Shown: positions 42,175-52,486, counted from the first letter of the stretch. The stretch is 64,000 nucleotides of DNA from Granulicella sp. (GCA_027339965.1 DAHWNL010000038.1:35831-99830), one strand, 5' to 3'. Notes: generated by a model not told the origin, from the letters alone. A program made the numbers and translations.

Positions 42175-42585
42175 ATGCCATCCCTGGAAGATTTCACCGA
42201 TGCGGATGTCCGCTCCATGCTCCTGCGGACGCTACGGCTGCTGGGCGTGCTTACCGCGTTGGGAATGCTGCTGACGGGATGGAAGCTGGGCTGGAGGAGC
42301 TCCCTTTTTCTGCTGTTGGGCGCGGCGATCTCCGGATCAGGGCTGTGGGAGTGGATGCGGTTGATCCATGCGGTAATGGAGCGAATGGAGGTTGGACGAA
42401 ACCCGAAACCCATGGGGATGGTCTTGACGGGCTTCTTCCTGCGCTTGGCAGTGGCGATTGTGGTGCTTTATATTAGTGTGAAGTACCTGAATGGTTCCGT
42501 TGTTGCGTTGGCCGTAGGGCTCGGGTTGGGCATTGTTTCGCTCACCGTGGAAGCCATACGCATGGCCAGAGCATGGACGGTTTAG
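42175..42585 (+). CDS. atpI: ATP synthase accessory protein I
   Basis: Four TMs, FFLRL, directly upstream of atpB. Confidence 0.75.
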   Translation: MPSLEDFTDADVRSMLLRTLRLLGVLTALGMLLTGWKLGWRSSLFLLLGAAISGSGLWEWMRLIHAVMERMEVGRNPKPMGMVLTGFFLRLAVAIVVLYISVKYLNGSVVALAVGLGLGIVSLTVEAIRMARAWTV

Positions 42586-42645
42586 CAGGAAGTAGCACCT
42601 GAACCTTGGGCTGCGCTGTTTCGTAGCCTATTGGCCGATTCCTTT

Positions 42646-43380
42646 ATGCCTTCGCAACTGTTTTTTACCCGTTTTCTGAACCATCTCCTGGCCGGGCCTG
42701 TCGACCGTGCGATGGCGCTACTGCATCTGACGCCCAGTTACCCCCAGGCGCCGATCAACAACACAGCATCAATGGGTTTCCTGGTGTTTTTGCTGGTGCT
42801 GGGGTACTTTGCCGCCATTCGGCTGACGTTGAGCGTGGAGTCGCCGGGGCCGGTGCAACACCTCGCGGAGATGACCCATGAGTTCGTCTCCAACAGCGGT
42901 GAGCAAATCATTGGCCACGGCTACGAGCGGTTCACCAATTACCTGACGGTGCTGCTGCTTTACATCCTGTTCTGCAACCTGATTGGGTTGCTGATGCCCT
43001 GGTTCGAGTCGCCGACGGAGAACGTAACCGCCCCCATGGGCTTTGCCCTGGTCACGTTCGTCTACTACCACTATCACGGCATCCGGGCCAACGGCGCGGG
43101 CTACATCAAGCAGTTTCTTGGACCGGTGTGGTGGCTCTACCCGCTGCTTTTCCCGATTGAGATCATCTCTCACCTGGCCCGCATCATGAGCCTGACGGTT
43201 CGTCTCTATGCCAACATCTTCGCCGGCGATCTGCTGATTCTGGCCTTCTTTTCACTGATCCCCATTGGCATCCCAGTGCTGTTCATCGGACTGCACTTCG
43301 GCGTGGACATCATTCAGGCGTATGTGTTCTTCCTGCTGGCTTCGATCTACCTGAGTCTGGCTGTGGCGCACGAACACTAG
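42646..43380 (+). CDS. atpB: ATP synthase Fo subunit a
   Basis: NLIGL, PIEIISHLARIMSLTVRLYANI, IQAYVF. Confidence 0.96.
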   Translation: MPSQLFFTRFLNHLLAGPVDRAMALLHLTPSYPQAPINNTASMGFLVFLLVLGYFAAIRLTLSVESPGPVQHLAEMTHEFVSNSGEQIIGHGYERFTNYLTVLLLYILFCNLIGLLMPWFESPTENVTAPMGFALVTFVYYHYHGIRANGAGYIKQFLGPVWWLYPLLFPIEIISHLARIMSLTVRLYANIFAGDLLILAFFSLIPIGIPVLFIGLHFGVDIIQAYVFFLLASIYLSLAVAHEH

Positions 43381-43384
43381 AAGG

Positions 43385-43630
43385 CCGAGGCGCTCGATTC
43401 GCCGGGAGGCGATGCGGCGCGTAGCAAGCGAGGCCGTGTTTGCGATCTCTCCCAGCGGTCCGGTTTGCCGGGCCGTTGGACAGATTTGAGTTTTGTTGGA
43501 AAGATTCGGCTCTCGGGCCGAAGCAGGATCCCGCGGAGGGGCGCTCCCTCTCCGTGGTGCGTACTGCCGCCGATTCAGCGTGAGGGGGCCAGCACGGTGA
43601 GCCTCAACCACCCACTGACGGCGAGATCAA
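43385..43630 (+). ncRNA. Candidate structured cis-element between atpB and atpE
   Basis: Series of hairpins whose G-U pairs fit the + strand, one with a GNRA loop. Confidence 0.5.
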
Positions 43631-43647
43631 AGGGAGCAGGGAGTGCA

Positions 43648-43962
43648 ATGTACAACACGATGCGTATCATGAAGTACTTTTTTATGACCATGGCGGCGAT
43701 TCTTCTGGCGTCGCCGGCGTTTGCCCAGGCGGGCGGCGATGGGATCAGCCAATGGGCTCCTATCGGCGCCGGCGTCGGCATGGGAATTGCAGCCGGTCTT
43801 TGCGGCATGGGTCAGGGCCGCGCGACGGCTTCAGCCACGGAGGCGCTGGCGCGCAATCCGGGAGCGCGGCCGGGTATCTTTACCTTTTTGATTCTGGGCC
43901 TTGCGTTCATCGAATCGCTCACCCTGTTCACCTTTGTCATCGTCTTCCTTTATGTGAAGTAG
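43648..43962 (+). CDS. atpE: ATP synthase Fo subunit c with N-terminal signal-like extension
   Basis: GAGVGMGIAAGLCGMGQG, ARNP loop, FIES carboxylate; start 43648, 43660 or 43669. Confidence 0.95.
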   Translation: MYNTMRIMKYFFMTMAAILLASPAFAQAGGDGISQWAPIGAGVGMGIAAGLCGMGQGRATASATEALARNPGARPGIFTFLILGLAFIESLTLFTFVIVFLYVK

Positions 43963-43993
43963 CTCTGAACGAAGTGAGTCGAAAGCAGGAATC

Positions 43994-44030
43994 AAGCCGG
44001 CCTCCGCGAAGCGGAGGCCGGCTTCGTTTC
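43994..44030 (+). terminator. Terminator hairpin after atpE
   Basis: Perfect 14-bp stem AAGCCGGCCTCCGC-GAA-GCGGAGGCCGGCTT then CGTTTC. Confidence 0.8.
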
Positions 44031-44273
44031 GGCGTTCGCGGAAGCATGGATTGATCAAAGTCTTGCGCTGATCTGGCGTCGGTCGACACGGAGGCGCAGG
44101 CGGCGTCTCTGGGCAAGACGGCTTCGCCGGACGCATGACTGCCTCCCTTGGCAGGGGCAAGGGAGGCCGGGGAGGACAGCTTGTCCCCGGCCAGAGACGA
44201 AAATCTCAGCCCAATCGGGGGGTGGGCGGGAAGTTGCGTAAACTGGCTGGTGTTGGCAAAGGCGATTCAGAGA

Positions 44274-45209
44274 GTGAAGATAGGGCAGACGGAGCATAAG
44301 ATCAGGCTGCGGGAGAGGTTTGAGTACCTGTTGTTGCGGGCGGTTGCCGGCACATTGGGTCCTCTGCCGCGCAGCGCTGCCCGGGCGATGGGAGCGGGGT
44401 TGGGTGCGCTGGTCTGGCTGCTGATGGGGCGTCTGCGGCGGGTGGGGATGCAGAACCTGAAGATGGCCCTTCCCGAGAAGACCGAGAAGGAGCGAAGACG
44501 GATTCTGCGCGAGCAGTTCCGGTCCCTGGGCTGGCAGATGGGCGAGTTCTGCAAGATGAAGGGCTACACGGCCGAGCAGGTGTCAAGGTTTATCCGCTAC
44601 CAGGGGCTGGAGCATTACCTGGCGGCGCGCGCCAAGGGGAAGGGAGTACTGGTGCTGACCGGGCATCTGGGGGCGTGGGAGCTCTCCAGCTTTTATCACT
44701 CGCTGATGGGGTATCCGATGTCTGTGGTGATCCGGCGGCTGGATAATTCCCTGGTGGACGAGTATGTGAACCGGATCCGCTGCCTACATGGGAACCGGGT
44801 GATCCATAAGGACGATTTTGCGCGTGGACTGTTGACGGCGATGCAGCAAGGCGAGACGGTGGGGATTTTGATGGATACGAACATGACTCCGCCGCAGGGG
44901 GTGTTCGTGCCGTACTTTGGAGTGGAAGCCTGCACAGGATCGGCGATGGCGCGGGTTGCGTTGCACTCCGGAGCGGCGGTGCTGCCGGGCTTTCTGCTAT
45001 GGGAGAAAGCCGAGCAACGGTATGTGCTGCACTTTGGGCCGGAGTTGCCGCTTATCCGTACGGGCGATGCCGCCAGGGATACCGTGGCCAACACGGCCAT
45101 GTTTACAGCCGCGATCGAGTCGTATGTGCGACGCTATCCAGAGCAGTGGTTGTGGGTTCACCGGCGCTGGAAGACGCGCCCAGAGGGTCAGGAACGGATC
45201 TACCGATGA
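44274..45209 (+). CDS. Lipid A late acyltransferase (LpxL/HtrB family)
   Basis: HLGAWE, GILMD, FFG-like [16 protein letters not shown]; start inferred. Confidence 0.92.
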   Translation: MKIGQTEHKIRLRERFEYLLLRAVAGTLGPLPRSAARAMGAGLGALVWLLMGRLRRVGMQNLKMALPEKTEKERRRILREQFRSLGWQMGEFCKMKGYTAEQVSRFIRYQGLEHYLAARAKGKGVLVLTGHLGAWELSSFYHSLMGYPMSVVIRRLDNSLVDEYVNRIRCLHGNRVIHKDDFARGLLTAMQQGETVGILMDTNMTPPQGVFVPYFGVEACTGSAMARVALHSGAAVLPGFLLWEKAEQRYVLHFGPELPLIRTGDAARDTVANTAMFTAAIESYVRRYPEQWLWVHRRWKTRPEGQERIYR

Positions 45210-46204
45210 GTGCGAGAGTATTGAGGAAGGGCGAGATTGCCGGACTGGTCGGCGGCCGCTGGGTTGCGGGTGAGCCCAGCGCTGAGGAGACAATCTCCCG
45301 GGTGGCTGGGCTGGAGGGCGCGGCCGCGGATGCGGTGGTCTTTGCCGGAGATGAGCAGGCGCTGGAGCAGGCGACAGCCTCTAAGGCTGGGTTGATTCTG
45401 GTTGGCGAGAGAGTATGGAAGACCGTTTACGCGGAAGGCTTTGGGCCAAAGGGACAAACTCCCCGGAGTCCGGACTCGAGACTGCTGGTGGTCCAAGACC
45501 CCCGATTTGCCTTCGCCCTTTGCGGCAAAGCGTTGCGGAAGCAGCGGTTGGGCAGAGAGGTTCATCCATCGGCGGTGGTGGATCCTTCAGCACGGCTGGG
45601 AAAGCGAGTGAAGGTTGGAGCGCGAGCCGTGATTGAAGCCGATGTGATCCTGGGCGATGATGTGGAGGTTGCAGCCGGCGCAGTGATTCTGGAAGGGGTG
45701 GTGATCGGCAACCGGGTGGTGGTGCAGGCCGGAGCAGTGCTGGGAGCCACCGGCTTCGGATATGCGCGTAACCCCCAGACCGGCGAGCATCTGCTTTTTC
45801 CCCAGCAAGGACGGCTGGTCATTGAGGACGATGTTGAGATCGGCGCCAATACGACCATCGATCGAGGCGCTCTGGAGGAGACCAGGATCGGGCAGGGAAC
45901 GAAGATCGACGACCAGGTGCACATTGGTCACAACTGCCGGATCGGGAAGAATGTGCTGATGGCTTCGCAGGTGGGGATCTCCGGCTCTTGCGTGGTAGAG
46001 GATGGAGCGGTGCTGGCCGGGCAGGTGGGCCTGGGCGATCATGTGCATATTGGCCCTGGCGTGATCCTGGGCGGGGCTTCCGGGGTGTTTCCCGGCAAGC
46101 ATCTGGTGGGTCCGGGGCAGATGTTCATGGGGGTTCCGGCTGAGCCGTTGAAAGAGTATTTGAAGACGGTGGCCCGGGTGCGGCGGTTGAAAGGCAGGGA
46201 GTAA
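45206..46204 (+). CDS. lpxD: UDP-3-O-(3-hydroxyacyl)glucosamine N-acyltransferase
   Basis: Hexapeptide repeats, [31 protein letters not shown] overlap. Confidence 0.92.
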   Translation: MSARVLRKGEIAGLVGGRWVAGEPSAEETISRVAGLEGAAADAVVFAGDEQALEQATASKAGLILVGERVWKTVYAEGFGPKGQTPRSPDSRLLVVQDPRFAFALCGKALRKQRLGREVHPSAVVDPSARLGKRVKVGARAVIEADVILGDDVEVAAGAVILEGVVIGNRVVVQAGAVLGATGFGYARNPQTGEHLLFPQQGRLVIEDDVEIGANTTIDRGALEETRIGQGTKIDDQVHIGHNCRIGKNVLMASQVGISGSCVVEDGAVLAGQVGLGDHVHIGPGVILGGASGVFPGKHLVGPGQMFMGVPAEPLKEYLKTVARVRRLKGRE

Positions 46205-46304
46205 AGCTGTCTTCGTGCCGGGTCCCTGCGGCGCATATCGTTCTTCCGTTGGGCAAGCCGGTAGGATGGTTCAAGGGGTCGCAAAGGCCCTGCATGAGGG
46301 TGTT

Positions 46305-46916
46305 GTGGCGATCGTGGTGGTTGGCGGACATACCCGGAATATCGGCAAGACCAGCGTGGTGGCTGGGCTGATTGCGGCGCTGCCGGAGCGGCGCTGGACC
46401 GCGATGAAGATTACGCAGTTTGGCCACGGAGTTTGTGCCGCCCATGGAGAGCCCTGCGCCTGCCAGACAGCCAGCCACGGGGCTGCTGTCAGTGAGGAAC
46501 GAGATGCAAAGAGCGGGACCGACTCTTCGCGGTTTCTGGCGGCCGGGGCGAAGCGTTCGTTCTGGGTGCGAACCCCGCAAGGGGAGTTGAATGCAGCAAT
46601 GACGGAGATTCGAGCCCTTCTGGCCAGCGCCGAGAATGCCATTGTGGAGTCCAACAGCCTGTTGCGGTTCTTGAAGCCGGATCTCTCGCTGAGCGTGTTG
46701 GATCCTTCCCGGAATGACTTCAAGCGCTCGGCGCTGCGCTATCTGGACAGAGTGGATGCACTGATCGTTCCCCAAGGAGCAACTTTTGTGGAGGGTTGGG
46801 GAGGTGTCTCGCTGCGGATGATCGAGGGCAAGCGGAAGTTTGAGTTTGTTGCGCCTGCCTATTGCACGCCGGATTTGGCGGCGTTTGTCGAGCAGCGGCT
46901 CTCGGCGAGCCTATAG
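46305..46916 (+). CDS. Uncharacterised P-loop protein (MobB-like) with Cys/His cluster
   Basis: GGHTRNIGKTS Walker A variant, HGVCAAHGEPCAC, IVESNS. Confidence 0.75.
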   Translation: MAIVVVGGHTRNIGKTSVVAGLIAALPERRWTAMKITQFGHGVCAAHGEPCACQTASHGAAVSEERDAKSGTDSSRFLAAGAKRSFWVRTPQGELNAAMTEIRALLASAENAIVESNSLLRFLKPDLSLSVLDPSRNDFKRSALRYLDRVDALIVPQGATFVEGWGGVSLRMIEGKRKFEFVAPAYCTPDLAAFVEQRLSASL

Positions 46917-48632
46917 CTTCTGGAGCAGAATTTGTCCCTGGAAAGCTCCCTCGACAAAGCCTGAGATCTTTACGGAGGACTCGCGGGTTCCGGTGATGTC
47001 CAGCAGGATCTCATCGGGATGCCCCGGCGCCAGTCTGCATAGGCCGGGCTCGGAGATCCCATGCAGTGACAGAACGACATCGCGCAGGCCGGTGATGGCG
47101 CCCGTGAGAGGCACGAAGCGCAGCCGATACTGACCCGCCGATTGAACCCTGTGAGTAATGTCGAGGGAGAATTGGTGGTTGCTCCATCCGCCGGCCAGGT
47201 TGGCTGCCCAGACCATGGCGGGAGCGTTCCAGTCCGCGGGAGGGGCGACGCCGGTATTGAAGGCAGCTAAGCTGCGGATCACCGGGGGCGCGGCGGAAGA
47301 ATGGGTCACGGAGAGCCGAATCGCAGTCATCTGTCCTGAAGATGCATCTGCCGAGATAGGTTGAATCCGCTTGTGGCCCACCGCGCTACCCTCGCCAAGA
47401 GTGATCCACTGGCCTGCGGACAGACCCTCCAGCCGGTAGGCTCGAATTCGCTCCCCGTAGGTAGTGTCCTCCTGCATGACCACGGTATCGACCCGGGATC
47501 CTCGGGGAAGGTTCAGGGTGAGGGTGGATCCTCTTCCTGAAGTCCGAGCCACGGGCCGGCTGAAGCGTCTGCGCACCTCGTCGCCAAAGAGTTTGGCCAC
47601 CTGGCAGTCCTCCTGCGGAAGCAGACCGGCGGTATTGGCGGGAATGTTGAGGAGCAACTGGGCTCCGCGTCCGATGGAGCGGTAGTAGATGGAGAGCAAT
47701 TGGTCTTCGGTCAGAACCGTCTCGCCCTCCGGCCGCCAGAACCAATGCGGGCGGCGGATGGAGACATCAACCTCATTCGGCAGCCAGACCGAGCCGTTCG
47801 GATCGCCGTCCAGAGAGGTAGCCGTTCCGGTCGCGGCATCCGCTCTGTCGATGCCGTTCCAGCAAGGATAAGGAGCGAGGCCCAGTTCGTTGCCCACCCA
47901 GCGGATGGTGGCGTGGCGTCCTTGAAAGATCATGGCGTGGGGTTGATACTTGCGGATCAGGTCGCCGGTGGGGGTGGCTGTGGAACCGTCAAACCAGATC
48001 TCCACAAGAGGACCGTAGCGAGTGAAGACCTCCGTGAGTTGTCGGCGATAGATCTGGTTGTAACGTCTCTGCTCCGCGGCGGTCTTGCAGATGCCTCCAG
48101 TCGCCGCGCCAAAGTGATCGTCGCGAGGAGAGACGTAAAGTCCGAATTGCAGCCCATGCCGGCGGCAGGACTCCGAGATCATGCCTACCACGTCCCCTGT
48201 CCCGTTCCTCCAGGGGATATTGCGGATGCTGTACCCGGTAGTCTCGGTGGGCCACCAGCAGAATCCTTCCTGATGCTTGGCCACAAAGACGATGTATTTG
48301 GCCCCGAGGTCGAGCGCGGTCTGTGCCCACTGGTCGGTGTCCAGCAGATGCGGGTTCATCGCAGAGAGCGGCGTCGGCTGGGCCGCCATCGCGCCGTTCT
48401 GCCAGGTCCTCGGCCCAAAGTGAAGGAACATGCCCATCTCGAGGTTCTGCCATGCCTTTTGCTCTGGGGAGGGATGGGCGAGGGTGCGAGGCAGGGCGGT
48501 CGAAGGCTGTGCTTCCGGCTCCGCGGAAGCACCGAGAAAACGAGGCAGCAGCCCAGGCCGGCGGAGGGACGCCGACGCGGTGGCCGCCAGGCCGGCCTGC
48601 GTGGCCAGGGTTAGAAGGGCTCGCCTTTGCAC
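46911..48632 (-). CDS. Alpha-L-fucosidase (GH29), Tat signal, C-terminal beta-sandwich
   Basis: GMFLHFG, VAKHQEGF, EIWFDG, RWVGNE, LLLNIP; RRALL N-terminus; start uncertain. Confidence 0.9.
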   Translation of the reverse strand: MQRRALLTLATQAGLAATASASLRRPGLLPRFLGASAEPEAQPSTALPRTLAHPSPEQKAWQNLEMGMFLHFGPRTWQNGAMAAQPTPLSAMNPHLLDTDQWAQTALDLGAKYIVFVAKHQEGFCWWPTETTGYSIRNIPWRNGTGDVVGMISESCRRHGLQFGLYVSPRDDHFGAATGGICKTAAEQRRYNQIYRRQLTEVFTRYGPLVEIWFDGSTATPTGDLIRKYQPHAMIFQGRHATIRWVGNELGLAPYPCWNGIDRADAATGTATSLDGDPNGSVWLPNEVDVSIRRPHWFWRPEGETVLTEDQLLSIYYRSIGRGAQLLLNIPANTAGLLPQEDCQVAKLFGDEVRRRFSRPVARTSGRGSTLTLNLPRGSRVDTVVMQEDTTYGERIRAYRLEGLSAGQWITLGEGSAVGHKRIQPISADASSGQMTAIRLSVTHSSAAPPVIRSLAAFNTGVAPPADWNAPAMVWAANLAGGWSNHQFSLDITHRVQSAGQYRLRFVPLTGAITGLRDVVLSLHGISEPGLCRLAPGHPDEILLDITGTRESSVKISGFVEGAFQGQILLQKL

Positions 48633-48785
48633 GCCTCCGATTTTACTCGATTTTTGGGTATGGTAAGGATTCCATAGCTGTAAGATGGTGAAGTTGCCCG
48701 CTCTTGGAAAGGCGCCGGCCGACCGACGCTGCACTGCAAATGCGTGGCGTCGCAGCGATTCAGTCCCTGAGGAGACAAGATCTTG

Positions 48786-51239
48786 ATGCGTAGAAGAGAG
48801 TTCCTGAAGACTTGCGCCGTGCTGACGGCAGGCGCCATGACGCCTGCCTCTCGGCTGGGCGATGCTCAGCAGCCTGATGGCGCCGTCCTGGCAGGGGAGG
48901 ATGAGACGCTGGAAGGGGTACTGCCTTTGATCGGCACCGGATGGCACGGACACATGTTTCCGGGTGCAGTGGCGCCCTTCGGCATGGTCCAGGTGAGCCC
49001 GGACACCAGCGGAGCGTCGGAGCCGAAGTGGAATGGTCAATGGGACATCACCGGTTGGGACCACTGTTCCGGCTATCACTATGGCGATAACTTTATTCTG
49101 GGCTTCAGCCACACGCACCTGCAGGGTACTGGTGCGTCGGATCTAGGCGATGTCTTGCTGATGCCGCTGGTCGCGGGCCGGAACTGGAGCTGGGATACGG
49201 GGAAGCCGGGCGGGCAGGCTGAGGCGCAGGCCGATGCGCTCGGCGAGGGCTCAGGATGGGTCTTTGACCCATCGGAGCGCGGCTACTATTCGGCTTTTTC
49301 GCACGAGCGCGAGACGGCGCAGCCAGGCTACTACGCGGTCCACCTGGATACGCCGGATGTTGAGGCCGAGATGACGGCAACTACGCGCTGCGCCATGCAT
49401 CGCTACCGCTATCCCGAAGGGACGGGGCTGCAAGAGGGGCCAACCGGACCGTCCGCGCGCCGCGGCCTGATGTTGGATCTGGTGCATGGCATCGGCTGCA
49501 AGGTCTATGCCGCTGAGTTGCGCATCGAGAGCCCCCGGAGGATCTCCGGAGTGCGGTCCACGCACGGATGGGCCGCGGATAAGCACGTCTTCTTCGTGAT
49601 CGAGTTCTCCCAGCCATTTGCGGCGCTTGAGGTTCAGGTGGATGGGGCGGTGCGTTCTGCCGCTGTGGGTGAGCGCATCTCCGGCAAACAGATCCGGACA
49701 ATTTTGACGCAAGGCGCTCTGAGCGGACCGCTCACCGTGCGGGTGGGCATCTCCGGCACTGGGGTGGAAGGTGCGGCGATGAATCTGGCTGCGGAGATTC
49801 CGCACTGGGATTTCGATGCCCTGCGGCGCAGCAATCAGCAGGACTGGAGCCGGGCACTTGGGGTGTTGCGCGCCAAGCTGCCCAGCGCTGTGTTGCAACA
49901 AGCCTTTGCCAGCGCGGCCTACCACGGACTGGTGGCACCGGCTACCTTCAACAACGTGGATGGCAGCTACCGCGGGCAGGATCAGAAGAACTATCCCAAC
50001 CAGGGTTTTACCAAATACACGACACTCTCCATCTGGGATATCTATCGTGGGGAGTTTGTGTTTTTGACGCTGATGCAGCCGCAGCGTATCGGAGACATTG
50101 TGAAGACGATGCTGGCGGACTATCGCCAGCTCGGGCAGAACTCGTTGCCGGTGTGGCCGCTATGGGGTAATGAGACCTGGTGTATGACCGGGTTCCACGT
50201 GGTCGGACTGATTGTGGGAGCCTACACCCGAGGCCTGCGCAACTTCGATGTGGAGGCCGCCTACGCGGCGATGCGCGATACCGCCCTGGTGGGCGCCACC
50301 GCCAACGACAACAAGGCACTGCAGGAGCAGTTCCGCACGCTGGGTTATGTGGCGGCTGGTGAGCAGCGGCAGTCCGTCTCACGCACGTTGGACTTTGCTT
50401 ACGATTACTGGTGTGTGGGCGCGATGGCGGAGCTGCTGGGCAAGCTGGAGGACGCCGCCATGTTCTACAAGCTGGCGAAGAATTACAAGAACCTCTTCGA
50501 TCCGGCCACCGGGTTCATGCGCGCAAAGACTCCGGATGGAAAGTGGCGGGAGCCCTTCCAACCCGACCACGAGTACTGGGAGGATTACACCGAATCCGAT
50601 GCCTGGCAGGCGACTTTCAACGTGATGCAGGATGTGCAGGGACTGATCCATCTATTTGGCGGCGACCAGCCGTTTGTTGCGAAGCTCGACGCGATGTTCG
50701 CCGCACCCTCTGATGTGCTCGATTCGCCTCCCGACATCAGCGGCATGGTGGGCCAGGATGCGCAGGGCAATGAGCCCAGCAACCACATCCCGTATCTCTA
50801 CGCCTTTGCCGGCGCGCCCTGGAAGACTCAGGAGAGAGTACGAGAGGTGGCGGGGCTATATCGCAACACGCCTCAGGGTGTGCCGGGCAATGACGACTGT
50901 GGCCAGATCTCGACCTGGTTTAACTTCGCCGCGCTGGGGTTTTATCCGGTGAATGCCGTCACGGGGGTGTACGTGATTGGAAGCCCGATGGTGAACCACG
51001 CCACGCTGCACAACGCTGCCGCCGGAACCACGTTTACGATCATTGCCGACAACAACTCGGAAAGGAACATCTATGTGCAGAGCGTGAGGTTGAACGGCAA
51101 GCCGCTAACTCGCTCCTGGTTCACGCACGCCGACGTCGTGGCTGGGGGAACGCTGCACTTTCAAATGGGGCCGGAGCCCAACAAGAGTTGGGCCAGCGCA
51201 CCCGAAGACAGGCCTCCTTCGGGACTGGTAAAGGGGTAG
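48786..51239 (+). CDS. GH92 alpha-mannosidase, Tat-exported
   Basis: MRRREFLK, PFGMVQVSPDT, GFSHTH, SIWDIYR, GNEPSNH, GNDDCGQ. Confidence 0.94.
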   Translation: MRRREFLKTCAVLTAGAMTPASRLGDAQQPDGAVLAGEDETLEGVLPLIGTGWHGHMFPGAVAPFGMVQVSPDTSGASEPKWNGQWDITGWDHCSGYHYGDNFILGFSHTHLQGTGASDLGDVLLMPLVAGRNWSWDTGKPGGQAEAQADALGEGSGWVFDPSERGYYSAFSHERETAQPGYYAVHLDTPDVEAEMTATTRCAMHRYRYPEGTGLQEGPTGPSARRGLMLDLVHGIGCKVYAAELRIESPRRISGVRSTHGWAADKHVFFVIEFSQPFAALEVQVDGAVRSAAVGERISGKQIRTILTQGALSGPLTVRVGISGTGVEGAAMNLAAEIPHWDFDALRRSNQQDWSRALGVLRAKLPSAVLQQAFASAAYHGLVAPATFNNVDGSYRGQDQKNYPNQGFTKYTTLSIWDIYRGEFVFLTLMQPQRIGDIVKTMLADYRQLGQNSLPVWPLWGNETWCMTGFHVVGLIVGAYTRGLRNFDVEAAYAAMRDTALVGATANDNKALQEQFRTLGYVAAGEQRQSVSRTLDFAYDYWCVGAMAELLGKLEDAAMFYKLAKNYKNLFDPATGFMRAKTPDGKWREPFQPDHEYWEDYTESDAWQATFNVMQDVQGLIHLFGGDQPFVAKLDAMFAAPSDVLDSPPDISGMVGQDAQGNEPSNHIPYLYAFAGAPWKTQERVREVAGLYRNTPQGVPGNDDCGQISTWFNFAALGFYPVNAVTGVYVIGSPMVNHATLHNAAAGTTFTIIADNNSERNIYVQSVRLNGKPLTRSWFTHADVVAGGTLHFQMGPEPNKSWASAPEDRPPSGLVKG

Positions 51240-51340
51240 AGCTCCGTTGCGCCGATGGAGCGCGAAGTCGCGACGCCAACGGGTGGCTCTCTCTGGAAAG
51301 GGTTTGCCGGTTGCTCGCTTCCGCACGACCGCGGGCACGG

Positions 51341-52108
51341 CTAGATGCTTTGCACGGGGAGGGTCATCAGGTCCGTGATGCAGGCCACTTCGCGCTGCAC
51401 GAAGGGCTCGGCGTAACGGATGCCCGCCAGCAGACCGTAGTGCCGGGCCGTGGCAAAGGTACGCTCGCGGATCTCCTCTTCCGGGACAAAGAGTCCGGCT
51501 CCGGCTGTCTGATTGCCGTATTGGGAGCGATAGGCGAGCAGGGATTGCAGGCGTGTCTCGATATGGGCTGAGATGTCTACCACGAAGGTCGGGCGGACAT
51601 CGGCGTAGAGCGAGGCGTAAAGGATCTTGAAGGGGCGGTGCGGAGCGCCATGCTCCGCAGAGAGGTCCATACGGGCCAAGCCGGCCGCGAAGCAGGCCTC
51701 GTAACCGAGGGTGGAACTGGTATAGTGGTCGGGGTGCCGGCCCTGCCAGTAAGGAAGAATGACGACGCGAGGACGAAGACGGCGCAGCACGGCCGCGATC
51801 TTGAGCCTGTTCTCCTGGGTGTTCTGAACGTTGCCGTCGGGCAGATCCAGGGCCTCGCGATGAGAGACGCGCAGGATGCGGGCAGCCTCTGCGGCTTCAG
51901 CAGAACGGTCTTCTGCGCTGCCACGGGTTCCCATCTCTCCACGGGTCAGGTCCAGAATGCCAGTGCGCCAGCCCAGAGACTGTTGGACCAGAAGGGTCCC
52001 TCCACAGGTCTGTTCGACGTCGTCGCGATGAGCCGCGATGGCCAGAACGTCGATCTGGCCTTCGTAAGAGTCTGGATGCGGAGCGGGGGACGCTTGGGGA
52101 GCACTCAT
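51341..52108 (-). CDS. bshB1: Bacillithiol biosynthesis deacetylase BshB1 (PIG-L family)
   Basis: AHRDDVE, DLTRGEMGTRG, RHPDH, YAEPF. Confidence 0.88.
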   Translation of the reverse strand: MSAPQASPAPHPDSYEGQIDVLAIAAHRDDVEQTCGGTLLVQQSLGWRTGILDLTRGEMGTRGSAEDRSAEAAEAARILRVSHREALDLPDGNVQNTQENRLKIAAVLRRLRPRVVILPYWQGRHPDHYTSSTLGYEACFAAGLARMDLSAEHGAPHRPFKILYASLYADVRPTFVVDISAHIETRLQSLLAYRSQYGNQTAGAGLFVPEEEIRERTFATARHYGLLAGIRYAEPFVQREVACITDLMTLPVQSI

Positions 52109-52486
52109 GAAGGATTCGGATTTCAGCTAGGGCTATAACATTTTCAGTGTTGCTGGGTACACCGGAGAGGGCGTGCAGTGCCGTTTTCATTGGGGAAAAC
52201 GCCCATGGAGGTCGAGGCGTCGCGTTAAAACTGCACTGAAACGGCTTTAGCGGCGAACTCGGACAAGACGCTGAGGTCGATGAACTTCCTGATTTTACCG
52301 GAAGCGGATGAGATGCAGCCAATCCGTGCGTTACGGCAAAGAAGGAACGCGTCCGGCAGGAGAACAACCGTCCGGGTGACGGTAACTTGATGAGATGACG
52401 CTGACAGGGGGTCCTCCTGGGGCGGACTCCCTGTGGCCGGAAGGATTTAGCAGAACGCGGGGCTCAGCCATGAGGCCATGCGGATT

